In this document: piece by piece, positions 33,001-45,847 of the stretch
Numbering within the stretch: the stretch's first letter is position 1
Layout: each line of letters begins with the position of its first letter
Assembly: GCA_020137815.1 (NCBI GenBank)
Contig: CM035360.1
Coordinates: 3,100,001-3,164,000, forward strand
Source: Hormiphora californensis
Lineage: Eukaryota; Animalia; Ctenophora
Reading direction: 5' to 3'
Length of the DNA stretch: 64,000 nucleotides
Position numbers and translations under genes: made by a program
The notes under the pieces: generated by a model
Databases searched by the model: none
Told to the model about the DNA's origin: nothing
Seen by the model: the letters and a program-made list of their open reading frames with translations, nothing else

Positions 33001-34507
33001 TGGTGAGATCCTTACTTTAACTAAGAGAGAGCCTGGTGAGATCCTTACTTTAACTAAGTGAGATACTAGTAAGAGAAAGATCAGTATGGACAGTGTCCAT
33101 TGAAAAGAGTCTATTGGACACTTTTGCCTTTTTACAAATGTAAATGAGGGTTAGAACATAACAAGGTCACTTACCCGTGAAACAGTTATGAACTTGAGTT
33201 GATTGGCAGCAATTAACATGGCCTGAACCTCAGTCAAACTCAGTTTTATAGTTCCAGTATAGGTGAACTCTATCAAATTCTCCACAACTTCACCATCTAA
33301 ATCAACCCTGTGAAAGAGTTGTGTTGCTAGGCAGCGGTTTTTTCTGTTGTTAGGCAGCGGTTTTATTGTTGCTAGGGTGAACTCAAATCAGTCGATTGTT
33401 ACTTACTTGTACTTCTTGACTTCATTGAATGAACTGGTTGCATCGACCAACCCCGCAAAACACAGGGATGAAGATACCAAAATTATCTTGTGGGCTAATA
33501 TCTCTCTGTCACCTGTGCAGGTATGACTTGGTTAGTATTGCAGAGTATCAGTACCTAGTACCTAGTAATATGTGAAAGTACACCCCCCCCCCCCCGTGTC
33601 TGTCACCTGTATGATGTGTTGGTTAGTAATGCCAGCACCTTATAATGTCCCTGTCAATGGATATGAAAATGAAAGTACAATCCCCCCGCCCGTAGCCATG
33701 TGATAGTGCTACACTCTCAATTGGATCTCTGTTACCCTTGCCCCCTCCCCCCACTGTCTCGTTCAACCCTCTCTATCTCCATTCTCCGCCTCTAAATATA
33801 AAGGAGGTTAGGACATACATAAAACATAATAACCAGGAACCGACCGAATCAGGAAATACTGGTCCCTGATTGGCTGATCACCAGTCACGTGACCTAAATA
33901 ACGAGTTCTGATTGGTTGTTTACTTGTTTCGGTCGGTTCCTGATAATAACCCCCTGGCAGATGACGTACCTGCCTGAATAACAAAGTCACATAGCAGGTT
34001 CTTTTTCCTGAAATCGTTCATGGCGACCATGCACACAGAGTTGTGGTTCCTATCATCTAACAGTAACTTCTCATCAGCCAATCTGGCCCTCTTTCGAGAT
34101 CTGGGATTAGCTAATATTAGGAGGGGTTATTCAGTATAATAAGAGGGAGTGGTTGGTAAAGACCTGATGGGAGTTGTTCAGTAGAGCAAGAGGGAGGGCC
34201 AAGGGGGCCGGGAAGGTTATCAAATATACAGACATGTTTTGTAGACAGAGACGGGTGGCACAGACAAAGAAAAACAGTGCATACAAAGACAGATATAGCT
34301 GACAGAGACAGATACAGATAGTAAAGATAGATGCATATAACAGAGAAATAGATTCAGATAGCCAGGAGATATCGGTTACCTGACAGCCACAGTTGAAGGA
34401 GGCGGTGAACTGAACGAGTTGGGAGAGCTGGTATTATTGTTGTTATGACTATCTCCACTTCCAACCGAAGGGGGCGTCTTTTGACGCATCTGTACTTCCT
34501 GCTTCAT
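24086..34507 (-). CDS. Kelch-like BTB-BACK-Kelch protein (KLHL family Cullin-3 adaptor), ~13 exons
   Basis: BTB exons (LLCDFVIQAGDREILAHKIIL ~34100-33406; LIEFTYTG...LIAANQL ~33307-33175). BACK exons (ACVEFLKRHMSPLTC ~32941-32768; SEDQVFEGVISWIKYD...IRLPL ~32534-32364; KAKNYHLLP ~31757-31677). Kelch repeats LYVVGG/VERYD/W at ~31037-30919, 29163-29052, 28833-28705, 28567-28376, 28223-28026 and 24263-24086. Confidence 0.92.
24326..24766. mobile_element. MITE/foldback with ~115-bp TIRs
   Basis: actagatccaaaaaccaaacaagtttggtggatagccggggccgcag ... ctgcggccccggctatccaccaaacttgtttggtttttggatctagt. Confidence 0.9.
24840..25175. repeat. Degenerate CpG-rich minisatellite (atcgcgattagct-like), partly inverted
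   Basis: Repeated cgcgatta/atccgcgatt units. Confidence 0.75.
25240..25610. repeat. 144-bp tandem repeat (~2.5 copies), probably part of a larger repeat element
   Basis: aaatcgtctta(t/a)atttaagacagtcataa at 25246, 25390 and 25534; a similar motif reappears at ~26683 and ~26846, beyond the LINE. Confidence 0.85.
25650..26663 (+). mobile_element. 5'-truncated non-LTR retrotransposon (L2/Crack-like, CR1 group): ORF2 C-terminus, 3' UTR and (TTA)n tail
   Basis: ORF 25655-26317 has post-RT motifs LIISRIDYSNILYCGLP, LQKLLNACVRFV, HILPISYRLDFK, APCYL and WNELPLELR...FKTRLKTHLF. It ends in ggaatattattattattattattat. It is antisense to the host Kelch intron. Confidence 0.92.
29649..30848. mobile_element. 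Foldback DNA element, Tc1/mariner-like, with ~370-bp arms and a damaged right terminus
   Basis: ta|cagggtgtcccactgtctttgcgtgacc ... ggtcacgcaaagacagtgggaca. It shares the 12-bp terminus of the 14889 element. The mirrored ORFs 29667(+) and 30615(-) are the same arm sequence. Confidence 0.9.
31178..31332. mobile_element. MITE, aagtcggatttt-TIR family
   Basis: taaagtcggattttttgaagttgtcacccc / ggggtgacaacttcaaaaaatccgacttta. Confidence 0.85.
33834..33942 (+). mobile_element. 109-bp hAT-like MITE (caggaaccgaccga TIR)
   Basis: 14-bp TIR with 8-bp TSD ataataac (33826-33833 and 33943-33950). Further copies at ~41361-41458, ~41629-41735 and ~56249-56356. Confidence 0.92.
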
Positions 34508-34648
34508 CAACACGATAGATAGTTTTATGAAGGAGCAACAACACGTGATGTGGTTAAAATATGCCGGCACACAACCTCAAGCTGCAAATAGTAAAAAGCT
34601 GCGAGTGAGAGTGACTGATGTCCTTCTCAATCTCTCACTAGAGAGAGC

Positions 34649-34700
<52 letters not shown>

Positions 34701-35438
34701 GAGAGGAAGAGAGAGAGATAGAGAGAGAGAGATAGTCAAGGTGTGCGATGAGCAACTGCAGCAGGTGTTTGATCCCTCTCTCAAGGTACCCATATAGCAC
34801 ACCTGGTGCTCACAGCGGTTCTCTAGTGAGACTGCTGCGGGGGTCACGTGAGATACATGTACCCAGGTGGGAGGGAGGACACAACAGTGGTGGGGAAATA
34901 TGGGGGAGGGCTGCTGTTACAACAGGTGGGCGGAGAACTGAATTTAGAAAATAAAGGCATCGTGGTGTTGGGGCCGCTCTGTGTGTTTTGAGACCTTCAA
35001 TAATAGGCGTGAGTTGTAAACCCCTCCGGAAGCTAAAATGAAAACGATTTACAAACTATAACAGTCGGACCCCGATTTACCGCCACCGAGCATCCCAAAA
35101 AGAGTTACTTTTTGGTTTTTCCGGTAAATCGGGATGCCCGGTATCGGGTATATCGAGGTCTAGTCGTAACTATGTCAATATCAGTTTGTGATGATGAAAT
35201 ATATTATGGAGAAGAGAGGGAAGAGACCTCCAAAGAGCAGTATGGGAAACATAGAGAGAGAAACACACACAAACTGATTATCAAAACGCGGACATATAAG
35301 ATAAGGGTGGTAAATTTATCTTATCTCTCTCCCCCTCTCTACTACTGCAACTGAGCGGTCATATTACTTATCTCTAGAATTTCTCTCGCATTTTCTTCGC
35401 TATCACACCTATCTTGGTTTCCTTCTCTCTCACTTTAT

Positions 35439-35518
<80 letters not shown>

Positions 35519-36449
35519 TTATTTATCTCTCTTTCTCTCCCTTTATTTATCTTTCTTTTATTGGCTTTCACCCCTCCCTCGCTAGGAGGCCGTATCACGT
35601 TTCTGGTCTGATTTTACTAGATTCTAGATTTGTCGCAAAACCGGGCACCGGCCAAACCCAAAGAGAAACTCTTATCTCTATGTGATAATGCGCTTTTGTA
35701 CTAGAATATTTGAATTTCTCAAATCTCAATTTTGGAACATAATTTTCTAGTAAATTTCCACCCGTCAGGCGTTATTGGATAACCCCCTCCTTCCATTTTA
35801 TTATTTTATTTATTTCTTCTTATCGTAAGTAATTTTATCAATATTCTATGGGCTCTCGTTGTTGTAATTGGTTACAATAGGACAGTAGTAATTGTCGGGA
35901 AGGGTTGGGAGCTAGTATCACTAGAAACTATTAAACTGCAGAAGTGTAATATAACTTGTCAGATAATAGCAACCATCACTAAAAAACACGTCCAATATCA
36001 TTATCATAGCTCCGACATGCGACAGGAGTTGGATAATAACTAATAGGTAATTCATATGACATGGACAGACCAAACTCAAAGCTTTTTCATTTAAATATAA
36101 AATACCTATTGAGATTTCATTTTGTGCATTTCGAGATAGCTTTGCAAAGCTATCTCAAAATGCATTAAATGAAATCTCAATAGGTATCTGATAATGGCGA
36201 CAAACCGATCTCATTTGAAAATGAGTCGTCAAAAACAAAGACAGAGTCCACGATGAGACAGCTAAAAACGACCGAAGGAACCTGAATAACCACGGGGGGG
36301 GGGGACACAAATCTGAATAACTTAACAGGGAGAAGCTTGCGGAGGAGGAACGATCTCTACGACCGAAAGAGCTGCGCGCGGCGCGATCCAGTCCAGGGTC
36401 TCAGGGTTTCGATCGCGCCAACTCGATGGGCCTTTCATAACAAGGGCGT

Positions 36450-37277
36450 CTATGGCGGTGCATGAGTGCACGATGAAATTTTCAACAAAAACATGAAAAA
36501 AAGAAAAAAAATGAAAAAGAAAAAAAGAAAAAAAGAAAAAAAAATTTAAAAATGAAAAAAACGATTTTTGAAAATTTTGTGTGCACTCATGCGCCGCGTG
36601 AACGGCTCAAAAGTGCACGGTAAAAAAATTGTTCCATTTTTTGACAAATGTTCATTTGCCTCAAATGTTGTTTTAAGACGTCGTCCCATCGTCTGCCAAC
36701 CTTGCCACGTCGTCTAGACCGAGGCTGTACCCGTCTAGACGTGTTTTACCCCAGATGGGCTTGAGATCGAGTCAAATGGGCTTGAGACGGGTTGAAATGG
36801 GCTTGAAACGGGCTCGAAACAGGCTTGAGATGGGCTTGAGATGGGCTTGAGACGGGCTACTCGTAAAACGCAAGTCTTTAGCCTATTTCAACCCGTCTCA
36901 AGCCTCTTTCAATCGCGTTTCGAGCCTGTTTTAGCCTGTTTTAGCCCGTCTCAAGCCCATCTGAATCCGTCTCAAGCCCATCTGGGGTAAAACACGTCTA
37001 AACAGGTACAGCCTCGTTCTAGACGACGTGGCAAGGTTGGCGGACGGTTGGACGACGTCTAAAAACAACATTTGAGGCAAATCAACATTTGTCAAAAAAA
37101 TGGAACAATTTTTTTACCGTGCACTTTTGAGCCGTTCACGCGGCGCATGAGTGCACACAAAATTTTCAAAAATCGTTTTTTTCATTTTTTATAAATTTTT
37201 CTTTTTTTCTTTTTCATTTTTTTTCTTTTTTATTGTTTTTGTTGAAAAATTCATCGTGCACTCATGCACCGCCATAG
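36450..37277. mobile_element. Foldback element with ~320-bp arms and an internal 11-bp tandem repeat (gatgggcttga)
   Basis: ctatggcggtgcatgagtgcacgatgaa ... ttcatcgtgcactcatgcaccgccatag. Confidence 0.88.
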
Positions 37278-37340
37278 TAGCTCTGAGCGCGCGCGATAAC
37301 CCCCGGCGCGCGCCTTTTAACCACATGTGGGGTATATATT

Positions 37341-37557
37341 TAGTCGGATTTTAAATAACTGTCGTTTTTTTAGAGTTTTCAAACTTCTTAAAATGACCAT
37401 AACTCCGGTTCCCGATGAGACTTGAAATTTAAAAGGTTACGAAGATCTTGCTAAGTTCTTCCGAACCTCCAAATTTCAAGTCTCTATCTTATAAGGAACC
37501 GGAGATATGACACATTTTGTTATTTTTGAGAAACGACAGTTATTTAAAATCCGACTA
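37341..37557. mobile_element. MITE related to the 9881-10106 element
   Basis: TIR tagtcggattttaaataactgtcgttt / aaacgacagttatttaaaatccgacta; shares the internal gaacttagcaagatcttcgtaacc segment in inverted orientation. Confidence 0.85.
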
Positions 37558-40002
37558 TAAAGGCACATAAGTCTCTGCTTTTATTTAAACCACCAAGTAT
37601 TTTAGTTTTGTTTCCATCTCCTAGTGCTGCTTCGCAGCAAACAAAACCGGGGGATACCATAAAGAAACAAAATAATTTGGGGTTTTGAAAGAAGTTAAAC
37701 AGCAAAAACAAGTTTTAAATTAACAGGTAACAAAATCGATTTCTCCTGTCCTCACAAACAAACACACACACACAGACGATTTAGCAGTCAATATTATCAT
37801 TTTACAAACACTACTATCTGAATATATTGTAATAATAGGTTCGTCAATTATTCGACACAACATATTGCTGGCTCATTTAATTTAATTGTCTGTTAAATAT
37901 TCACACAATGTCTCTTCTCCACAATCTCCACTTATAGTAATTTGTTGAGTAAGGGGTGGCAACAACCTATAATTGGGATGCGTTGTCATAGTGATATATA
38001 ACGGAGTCCTATGAATTACAGCTCCCCGGCCGTGGCTACTTTAAATCTACCGTTGTCCCCTCTTGGATTTGATCGCCATCTTTCTTAACGTACTGAAATT
38101 GGGGATAGTTATAAGGGGTATAGGAGATGTTTTAATAATACACATAACGTATTGTTGCGTGAATAATGGCCACGGGTAAATGGAGTAAATTGTAGTGCGT
38201 AATGCATTTGTTCGTCTTATAGCTGTTAGATAGGCCAAGTTTGGAAAGGGCAGCCCTCTCCCAACAAAAGACTCGTTCGTGAGATAAGCAGTAGTGGCCT
38301 TTTAAGAAAAACGTCAAAGTGGGGAGGGGTTTTCTTATGAAAGAGAGAGAATCCAATAAATCAGATGTCAATATACTTGTAGTACTTCGCTCTCACTGCA
38401 ACTCCATATATTCCATAAACTATTCTTGTATTTTGGTTACGGGTTGATAAATCGAGGCCGATATTTGACAGGTGCATTTCTTCGTTTTATTATTTCCATG
38501 AATCTGATGAACGGGTAGTCGTAGTAGTGTCATGAACGGACAATGATTTCTTTGTACTTCAAAAACAAAGCTGTTCATAGATCCAATTAATTTATCTATA
38601 GGCCATTTTCTTTGAGACATATCTCAAAGAAAATGGCCTATAAGAAAAAAATTGCCCCGCTCAACCATCTCTCTCTCCGCGTGACCTGGTTAAGAGGTTC
38701 GGAGAAAACAAAGTTGCTGCTGTGACGCCGGTCCGATCAACTTTTCTCGGTAAAACTAAATTAGTTAAAGTAAGAGTTGTTATGTTCTAACCCTCCTTTA
38801 AACAGAGTCTAGCTAGGCAAAGTAAGAGTGGCGCACCGTGATTTCTCACAAAACTTAATGGATGAACGAACCATCAGAACTATTGCTACGGTATAGAAAA
38901 TTTCTAATTCTGTCTCGTTCATTAGTTATGTTCATTATTTAAACTTTCATAAAACTGCTCTATTACGTCATAACTAATGAACGAGACATAATTAGAAATT
39001 TTCGATACCGTAGCAATGGTCCCCAATGGTCCTGATGGTACTCGGGTCACTTCAACTCTGTTCTTGTTAGAGTTAAATTTTAAACCCTCTCTCTTCTTAT
39101 TAAACAAACACGCTGAACGAACGGCTTCGACGACGTTCATTTCCAAATTATAGGGGGTGGGGGACAAGGCCAAAAAATCCAGATCATAAAAAGCCAGATC
39201 AAAAATGCTAGATCAAAAAGCCAGAAATTTTCGGGGGAAAAACAGATAAAAAAGATAGATCGAAAAGGCCAAAAAAGCCAGATCAAAAAGCCAGATCAAT
39301 CCTGGATTTCAGGGTGGGTTTGGCCCCCCCTCTTCCAGTCTTTTCAACTCTTAGAGTTAAATTTCCCTCTTTAATTGTTTGATTTTTAGAAAGTTATATA
39401 CATAGTTGAAAACGCTCAGAGCTAAATTTTAAACCCCTCTTTTCTTGTTGGTTTCTTAGAAACTCAGAAAGAGTTGATGATAATGCTCGGAAACTTTATT
39501 TTATATTTCGGTGACACATTGACAACCACTACGACTACGAGGGGGTTATTTTTGAAATGTTCAGACGGCTCAAGGTTCTTGCTTGATCAGATTCTGACAG
39601 ATCTTCTAGCTTCAGTTCTACCTCTAGTTAAACTGTTATATCGTCAATTGGTTTAGAACTGAAGGAGAACTGTCAAATCATATAATAATAATCTGATGAT
39701 GCAAGAGCCTCGCCCATACCAGATAAACTTAAACTAATTCTCCGAATTGTCGGTGTTTTAGTTGGATTGTCTTGCTCTCGGCACCCTCTTAGTTGTTCAT
39801 ATAACAAGGATTACCTAGAAATTAGAATATGATTTGATTGACTACAGGCAAGGCAATACAATCCCTGTCAACAACTTAATCTGCTGCGTCCCCTGTTATA
39901 TTAAACAGGGTGTGTTCTTTACTTTTTATTGCCTTGCTCGACTGGTACTCTTGAGTTTATTTTGTATATTGTATTGCAAATAATACACCTAGTGTCCTAG
40001 TA

Positions 40003-41100
40003 ATGGCAATCTTCAGTTCTGGTGGCACGTCAGGCCCTGATTTCTGCCTTTTCCTTCTCTTTCTCTTTCTTCCCTTTATATCCACTCCGCTGAACGCGCT
40101 GGTGATCAATCACAATCTCAGAAAACGTGCTTCAATCGCCCGATCCCTGTACATCCTTCTGTCTGTAACGGATCTACTAGCCTGCCCTTACACCTCCCTC
40201 CGGCTAGCAGTTGGATTCTGGACTCCCAAGGACCTCGATGGATGTCTCCATGGTAACCAAAGCTCTATTTGCCGGGATAGGTACTACCTTTTTGTGGAGG
40301 AGAATGACAGTTATCTTTGTGCTGGATACACATCGGGGGTGTGGATATTATACTTTCTACCCATCATAGTAACAGGCTTCCTAACCATCGCCCGGTACTA
40401 CCAAATAAGGTATCCGCTACGGCAACTGAACCACAAATCAGTCTTCCTGCCCCTAGGACTCATTATTGGCTACCATGTCGTCTCTACTGCCGTTGTTCAT
40501 GCCCTGGCAAGGGCCGATGGTTCACTTGTCTTCATGACATACTCCCAATGCTGCTACATCAAACTGGCGAAATCATTACCTAATATGGGCATATCAGCAT
40601 ACCAAATATGGATTATCTGCTCAACTCTGTTCACATTAGCCGTGCAATCAATTGGAATTGTGTGCGGAACCCTCACCGTTATCTTCCTGTTGCGACGATA
40701 CCGAAACCCAGTTGGTGGAAACTCTCACTCCCTCTCAGGGACGATCCGGGTAATGATCCTCAATACGGGCAGTGTGATGGTGTTTGGGTTTTTGATGGTG
40801 TGCTGCTTCGTGAGGGTGGGCGATAGTGGAGACAAGGAAGATATCACCACAATTGAGGATTTGATCGAGTCTATGGAGGATAGTACACTACCAGTTATCC
40901 TGTCAATGTTTCTATCAATACAAGTGTTACCGGTGGTTTGTTCCACCTTAAACCCTGGAGTGATTATACTGTTCACCGCGAAGAGGAAAAGATCAGAGGC
41001 AGTGGTCAGGCAGGTAAGGCCGGCATCCAAGGAGGATGATCAGAGAAACTCAAAATCGAAATCAAGCGATGATAATAAATTTAATGACAATGAAGTGTAA
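40003..41100 (+). CDS. Intronless rhodopsin-like 7TM GPCR (365 aa)
   Basis: Seven hydrophobic segments; TM1 PLNALVI, TM2 LSVTDLL, TM3 TIARYYQIRYPL (DRY variant), TM7 STLNPGVIILF. Confidence 0.88.
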   Translation: MAIFSSGGTSGPDFCLFLLFLFLPFISTPLNALVINHNLRKRASIARSLYILLSVTDLLACPYTSLRLAVGFWTPKDLDGCLHGNQSSICRDRYYLFVEENDSYLCAGYTSGVWILYFLPIIVTGFLTIARYYQIRYPLRQLNHKSVFLPLGLIIGYHVVSTAVVHALARADGSLVFMTYSQCCYIKLAKSLPNMGISAYQIWIICSTLFTLAVQSIGIVCGTLTVIFLLRRYRNPVGGNSHSLSGTIRVMILNTGSVMVFGFLMVCCFVRVGDSGDKEDITTIEDLIESMEDSTLPVILSMFLSIQVLPVVCSTLNPGVIILFTAKRKRSEAVVRQVRPASKEDDQRNSKSKSSDDNKFNDNEV

Positions 41101-41897
41101 TATCACCACACACCAGATTTGCAGAGGACTTGTGTTGCTAGTTTGAATTGTTTATACTTTCATGCATGGAGGGCGCGGAACGTTTTAGATAGCCAGTTAC
41201 TCCGGTGGTTCAGCTCTATGTTACGTGTGGGAGCACGAACACAGTGTCTCAAATGCTAGTACGAGATTGTAAAGGAACATGGAACTAGTCAATTGATTTT
41301 TCTGTTCATTGCTGCCAGATACTGCCATGAATGTTTGCTTGACATCATATAATGAGTTGTCGAATCAGGAAATACTGGTCCCTGATTGGCTGATAACCAG
41401 TCACGTGACCTAAATAATGAGTTCTGATTGGTTGTTTACTTGTTTCGGTCGGGTCCTGCTTGACATCATAGAGTGAGTTGTCGAATCTATAACTCATCTG
41501 ATATTATGATCTGATTATGGGATGTTTGCTGTGTGGTGCATTTGTGTTTTGAACAAATCCTGTTCACTTTTTGCCCAAGCATTTTGGGCATGAATGTATG
41601 GCAGCGTGATCTAACAAGGTAACGAGAATGAACCGACCGAATCGGGAAATACTGGTCCCTGATTGGCTCATAACCAGTCACGTGACCTAAATAACGAGTT
41701 CTGATTGGTTGTTTACTTGTGTCGGTCGGTTCCTGAAAAAAACATAGCTCACCGATAGGAGAGATGAAAAGAAAGATTCGACATTTTTAAAATGATCTTT
41801 CTCCAGGTCCTAACCGTTTCTCCTGAATATCCATCAACCACCTCATCTTCTTTTCTTCTTGGTCCTATGAGAGAGAATGATATAAGGAGGAGAGAGA

Positions 41898-41977
<80 letters not shown>

Positions 41978-41990
41978 GAGAGAAAGAGTG

Positions 41991-42082
<92 letters not shown>

Positions 42083-42183
42083 GAGACGGTGTCGCGTGCT
42101 CAAATCGAGCAAAAAGGGAAAGAGAATTGAGAACTTGTGTTCTGAGTAGATTAAAAACTTGGGTACGGAATAAAACCGTGTCT

Positions 42184-44390
42184 TCAGTCTTGCTTATATA
42201 CCTGAGCCAATTTCAAATTCTTATTCAGCTCAGTGATGTGACCCACTATCACCGTCATCGTCTCAGCGACCCTATCACCTCCCATAACATTCACAGACGA
42301 CTCATCAGTGTCGGTTTTCCGGCGTTTAACAACTGGTCCGGTAGGGGTAGTATCTGCATTGTGGCTGTGCGGGGATCCACTACTGGGACTGGTACCGTTG
42401 AAGGTCGTTTTGGTTGGTGTTGTTGCAGTGGGTAGCAATGAGCTGGGAGAGAGGTGGTGTGTTAGTATTGGGGAATAGTGAGCTGGGAGAGAGGTGGTGT
42501 GTTAGTGTTGGGAAATAGTTAGCTGGGAGAGAGGTGGTGTGTTAGTGTTGGGGAATAGTGAGCTGGGAGAGAGGTGGTGTGTTAGTGTTGGGAAATAGTT
42601 ATATCTTAGAGAGGGGGCGTTAGTAGTTTGGGAAATAGTTAACGGACAGAGAGGGGGAAGGCTAAGTGATAAAATTGGGATCTAGTTATAGCTGAGAGAG
42701 GGGGCCCGGGGGTTGTTAGTATGTATTGGGAAATATAATTATAGTTAGCTGAGAGAGCAGAGGGGGCAGCTTTAATTAATATTGCGACATTGCGTTGAAG
42801 GAGATTTTGACAGAAAGTTTCTGGGAATCTGCGCTCTTGCAGTTCTCAATGCAATGGATGAAACCAAATCGAATATATTTCCCCTGTCAGTTGATAAAAT
42901 TGGGACAAATTGAAACTAGGTGATTTATTTATTTTGTCCTGAAATTAGTTTCAATTTGTCCAACTTTTATCAACCGATATATTTTGTCTCTTCATAGTTC
43001 AATACTCAATACAAAACGTGGCAACACCACGTGACATTTTCATGTCCCCCTAGGCCCTTGGTGACATTGACACCTGAGTGAGATCGACGTCGTGCGCGAC
43101 TGAGATCGATCTCACGTACTCGCGGAGCGAGAATACAGAAATGCAATGGATCCAACCTATAGGCCCTACCTGAGCGCAGTCGGTGAAGTTGCAATCAAAG
43201 ATTTCAGAATCTCGTCAAATCCATCCGCATCGCTCATCGGAGCACCCCGAGTTGCCCCGTCCTCAGCCCCTCCTTCTAGTTTAGGAGTTGTGCCAAATGT
43301 AGATACTATCCTTTTTATCAGCCGACTGTGTTCTCCCATCATATCCTCCAACTTTTCCGGTGACAACTTTAGATTTCCAGCCTGTGAGAAGCAAGTGATA
43401 ATGAATAAATTAGTGAACAAACTAGTTAGTTTAAACTTTAAGTTATCTCAAAATATCAGAAATAAGTTGAGGTGGTATAAAAATTGAGACAACTTTTTAC
43501 CATTTTGAGAGAGTTATCGATGTACTTGGGGACGGGCTTCGGTAAAATCTGAATCATCCCCGCTTGGGCTGCAACAGTAAACGGGAAAATGGTTAAAAAT
43601 AACGGCTAAATGAAGCTAAATTCTTATAAAATTGAACGGGAATGTCCGATGGTAGAATACCACATAGACCACTAGACCCCGGCCTATTATCACTATTTGT
43701 CCACACAACTCTAATACAACTAAATACAACTCACTTATTTTATCAATGTCGTTTGAGAAGGTCAGGGGGTAAAGTGATGTTATGGCAGGGGGAGATACTC
43801 CAGCCGCTTGTTGGGATATGATGTGTTGTTGATGTTGTTGGACGTCTTGTTTTCTAGGCCAGTTCTTTCCTAGTACCGCCTGAACAAGGGAGAGTGAAAG
43901 TTAAACCTCAATTTAACCAAACCTTTTTTTAAAATACAGGACCAGGCACGCACAGAAGACAACTAAAAGAACTTACATCAAGTTGTCTGTAAAAGGGGCA
44001 CTCTTTCTCCGCATCTGGTCCACTGAGCCCAAACTTCTTTGCCCTGTTATACCGGATTTTCAGAGTATGAATCCTCGTTTTACATTGCTCGCCAGTCCTA
44101 TTAAACCCTTTGCGGTACTGGGGAAATTGGAGTTGAGAAAGCTGTATGTATGATGATGTCACGTGATGCCCAAATATATGGTGTGTCACGTGATGCCCAA
44201 ATATGGCGTATCACGTGATCTCTTACCTGCATGACCTCGGCGACCTGTTCCCAAACTGGCCTGTTCCTGGCCATCAGAGTCAGCTGGGTTTGGATGTGGT
44301 CCTGTTGCCAAATGTCAAGGAGAGCCTGGGTTTCCGGGTAGGTCCAAGATTTGCACGACATTGGCACTGGTTTGGGTGTTGAAGCCACGG
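42184..44390 (-). CDS. Myb/SANT-like (trihelix/MSANTD-type) DNA-binding protein; 5' exon(s) unresolved
   Basis: Exons 44390-44227, 44117-43977, 43879-43735, 43568-43501, 43381-43170 and 42442-42184 splice in frame. WTYPETQALLDIW...RNRPVWEQVAEVM...GFNRTGEQCKTRIHTLKIRY...CPFYRQLDAVLG is the Myb_DNA-bind_4 pattern; NLS-like KRRK. Confidence 0.88.
42440..42600 (-). repeat. 40-bp minisatellite (4 copies) duplicating branch point, acceptor and first exon bases
   Basis: Minus-strand unit actaacacaccacctctctcccag|ct. Confidence 0.9.
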
Positions 44391-45277
44391 CTAGGAGGGG
44401 AAGAAGACGGGTTAGTTAGAACAAGATAATATATTCAGGGCTAAATTTGTTTGGCTCACACCGTGCTCTGTGAGGTTTCGGTATAGAACAAGGGTAAATA
44501 AGGGAGGGGTATAACATAAATAATATATTCTAAACAAAGGCAGATGAAGAACAATTCGGCTCAAAACAGGACCAACTTTTGACTGTTTGACACGGGGGGC
44601 TACTAGACATCCAATTTAGACACCAGACATTAGGTAAATGATGAGTTAAATAAGGTTGTGACCTAGGTATAGTGAGTTAATTCTGGAATCTTATGTTTAG
44701 TAGTTTTCTCCTCTACTGCTGTTTACTAGGACGCGTGTTAATACTAAAACAGCTTATACTAAAAGAAGAGTTGGGTTATCAAAATGAAATACGCACTAGG
44801 TAACCCGGGGTTACTAAAACCCCCTACCTAGTAGTAGAAACGGGCCACCAAACTTAACAGATGATGATAACAGATAATGTACGGAGGTTCTATTATCACA
44901 TGTCGGGCATTTGCCCCTGAAAGCATTCTGATCTATCCGTGGAGAGATCATCCAGCTCAAAGTACTGTCAAGGACCACAAAGAAAAGAAGTTAATGTTGC
45001 TCAATTGCCACACACATGGGGTGCTGCACCTCCCTCTGTCGACACGTGTCACATGATCCTGATCTGATGTGTGTCAGAATTTCACAAAGAATATATTTCT
45101 ACTAGATGGGGGTCGTTGCTAGGTGACGATAATATATCTCGTGAGAGGTCAAAAGGGACGTGCACTGATATAAGTTAAACATATATAGTCTAAAATTTTA
45201 GATGTCTGAAAAGGATGAAAGGCACGAGAAATAAATGGAGAGAGAGAGAGAGAGAGATAGAGAGAGAGAGATAGAGA

Positions 45278-45359
<82 letters not shown>

Positions 45360-45785
45360 GAGAGAGATAGAAGACATGGTAACTCAGACTGTCTGACTGA
45401 CACTGCGCACATGATACTGTACTCTGCTCAGAGATCAGTGACACATGATTTAAGGGTGACAGCTTTAAATTATAAAAGTTTGATAGTTAGAAGCACCCAA
45501 CTTTAATACAGAAATCATCGAGTAGATATATTCATGATATTATATGTTGATCAACCTAAAAGATGGCCTAGAGATAGTGTAACAACGCTTAAAAAGATAG
45601 ATCACAGAGAGAGAGGAGCTGACACACATGACGTGCGACAACAACGGCTTTCAGGGCGGAAACTAGAAAATTACAAAGTGCACGGTATCGAAACTTAGTG
45701 CACAATCTTGTAACTCTGTAATCTCTCCGTGAGCGACAGGACATAGACAATAATTATTGGGTAGACTCGAGTAGAATCAGTGGAA

Positions 45786-45847
<62 letters not shown>

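Noticed and set aside
33808-33990. ORF containing EPTETSKQPIRTRYLGHVT
   Set aside because: It is a translation of the hAT-like MITE, not a protein; the same applies to 41487-41681.
42184-44390. Harbinger transposon Myb/SANT ORF
   Set aside because: No adjacent DDE nuclease or TIRs, and a multi-intron host-like structure. Ancient domestication cannot be excluded.
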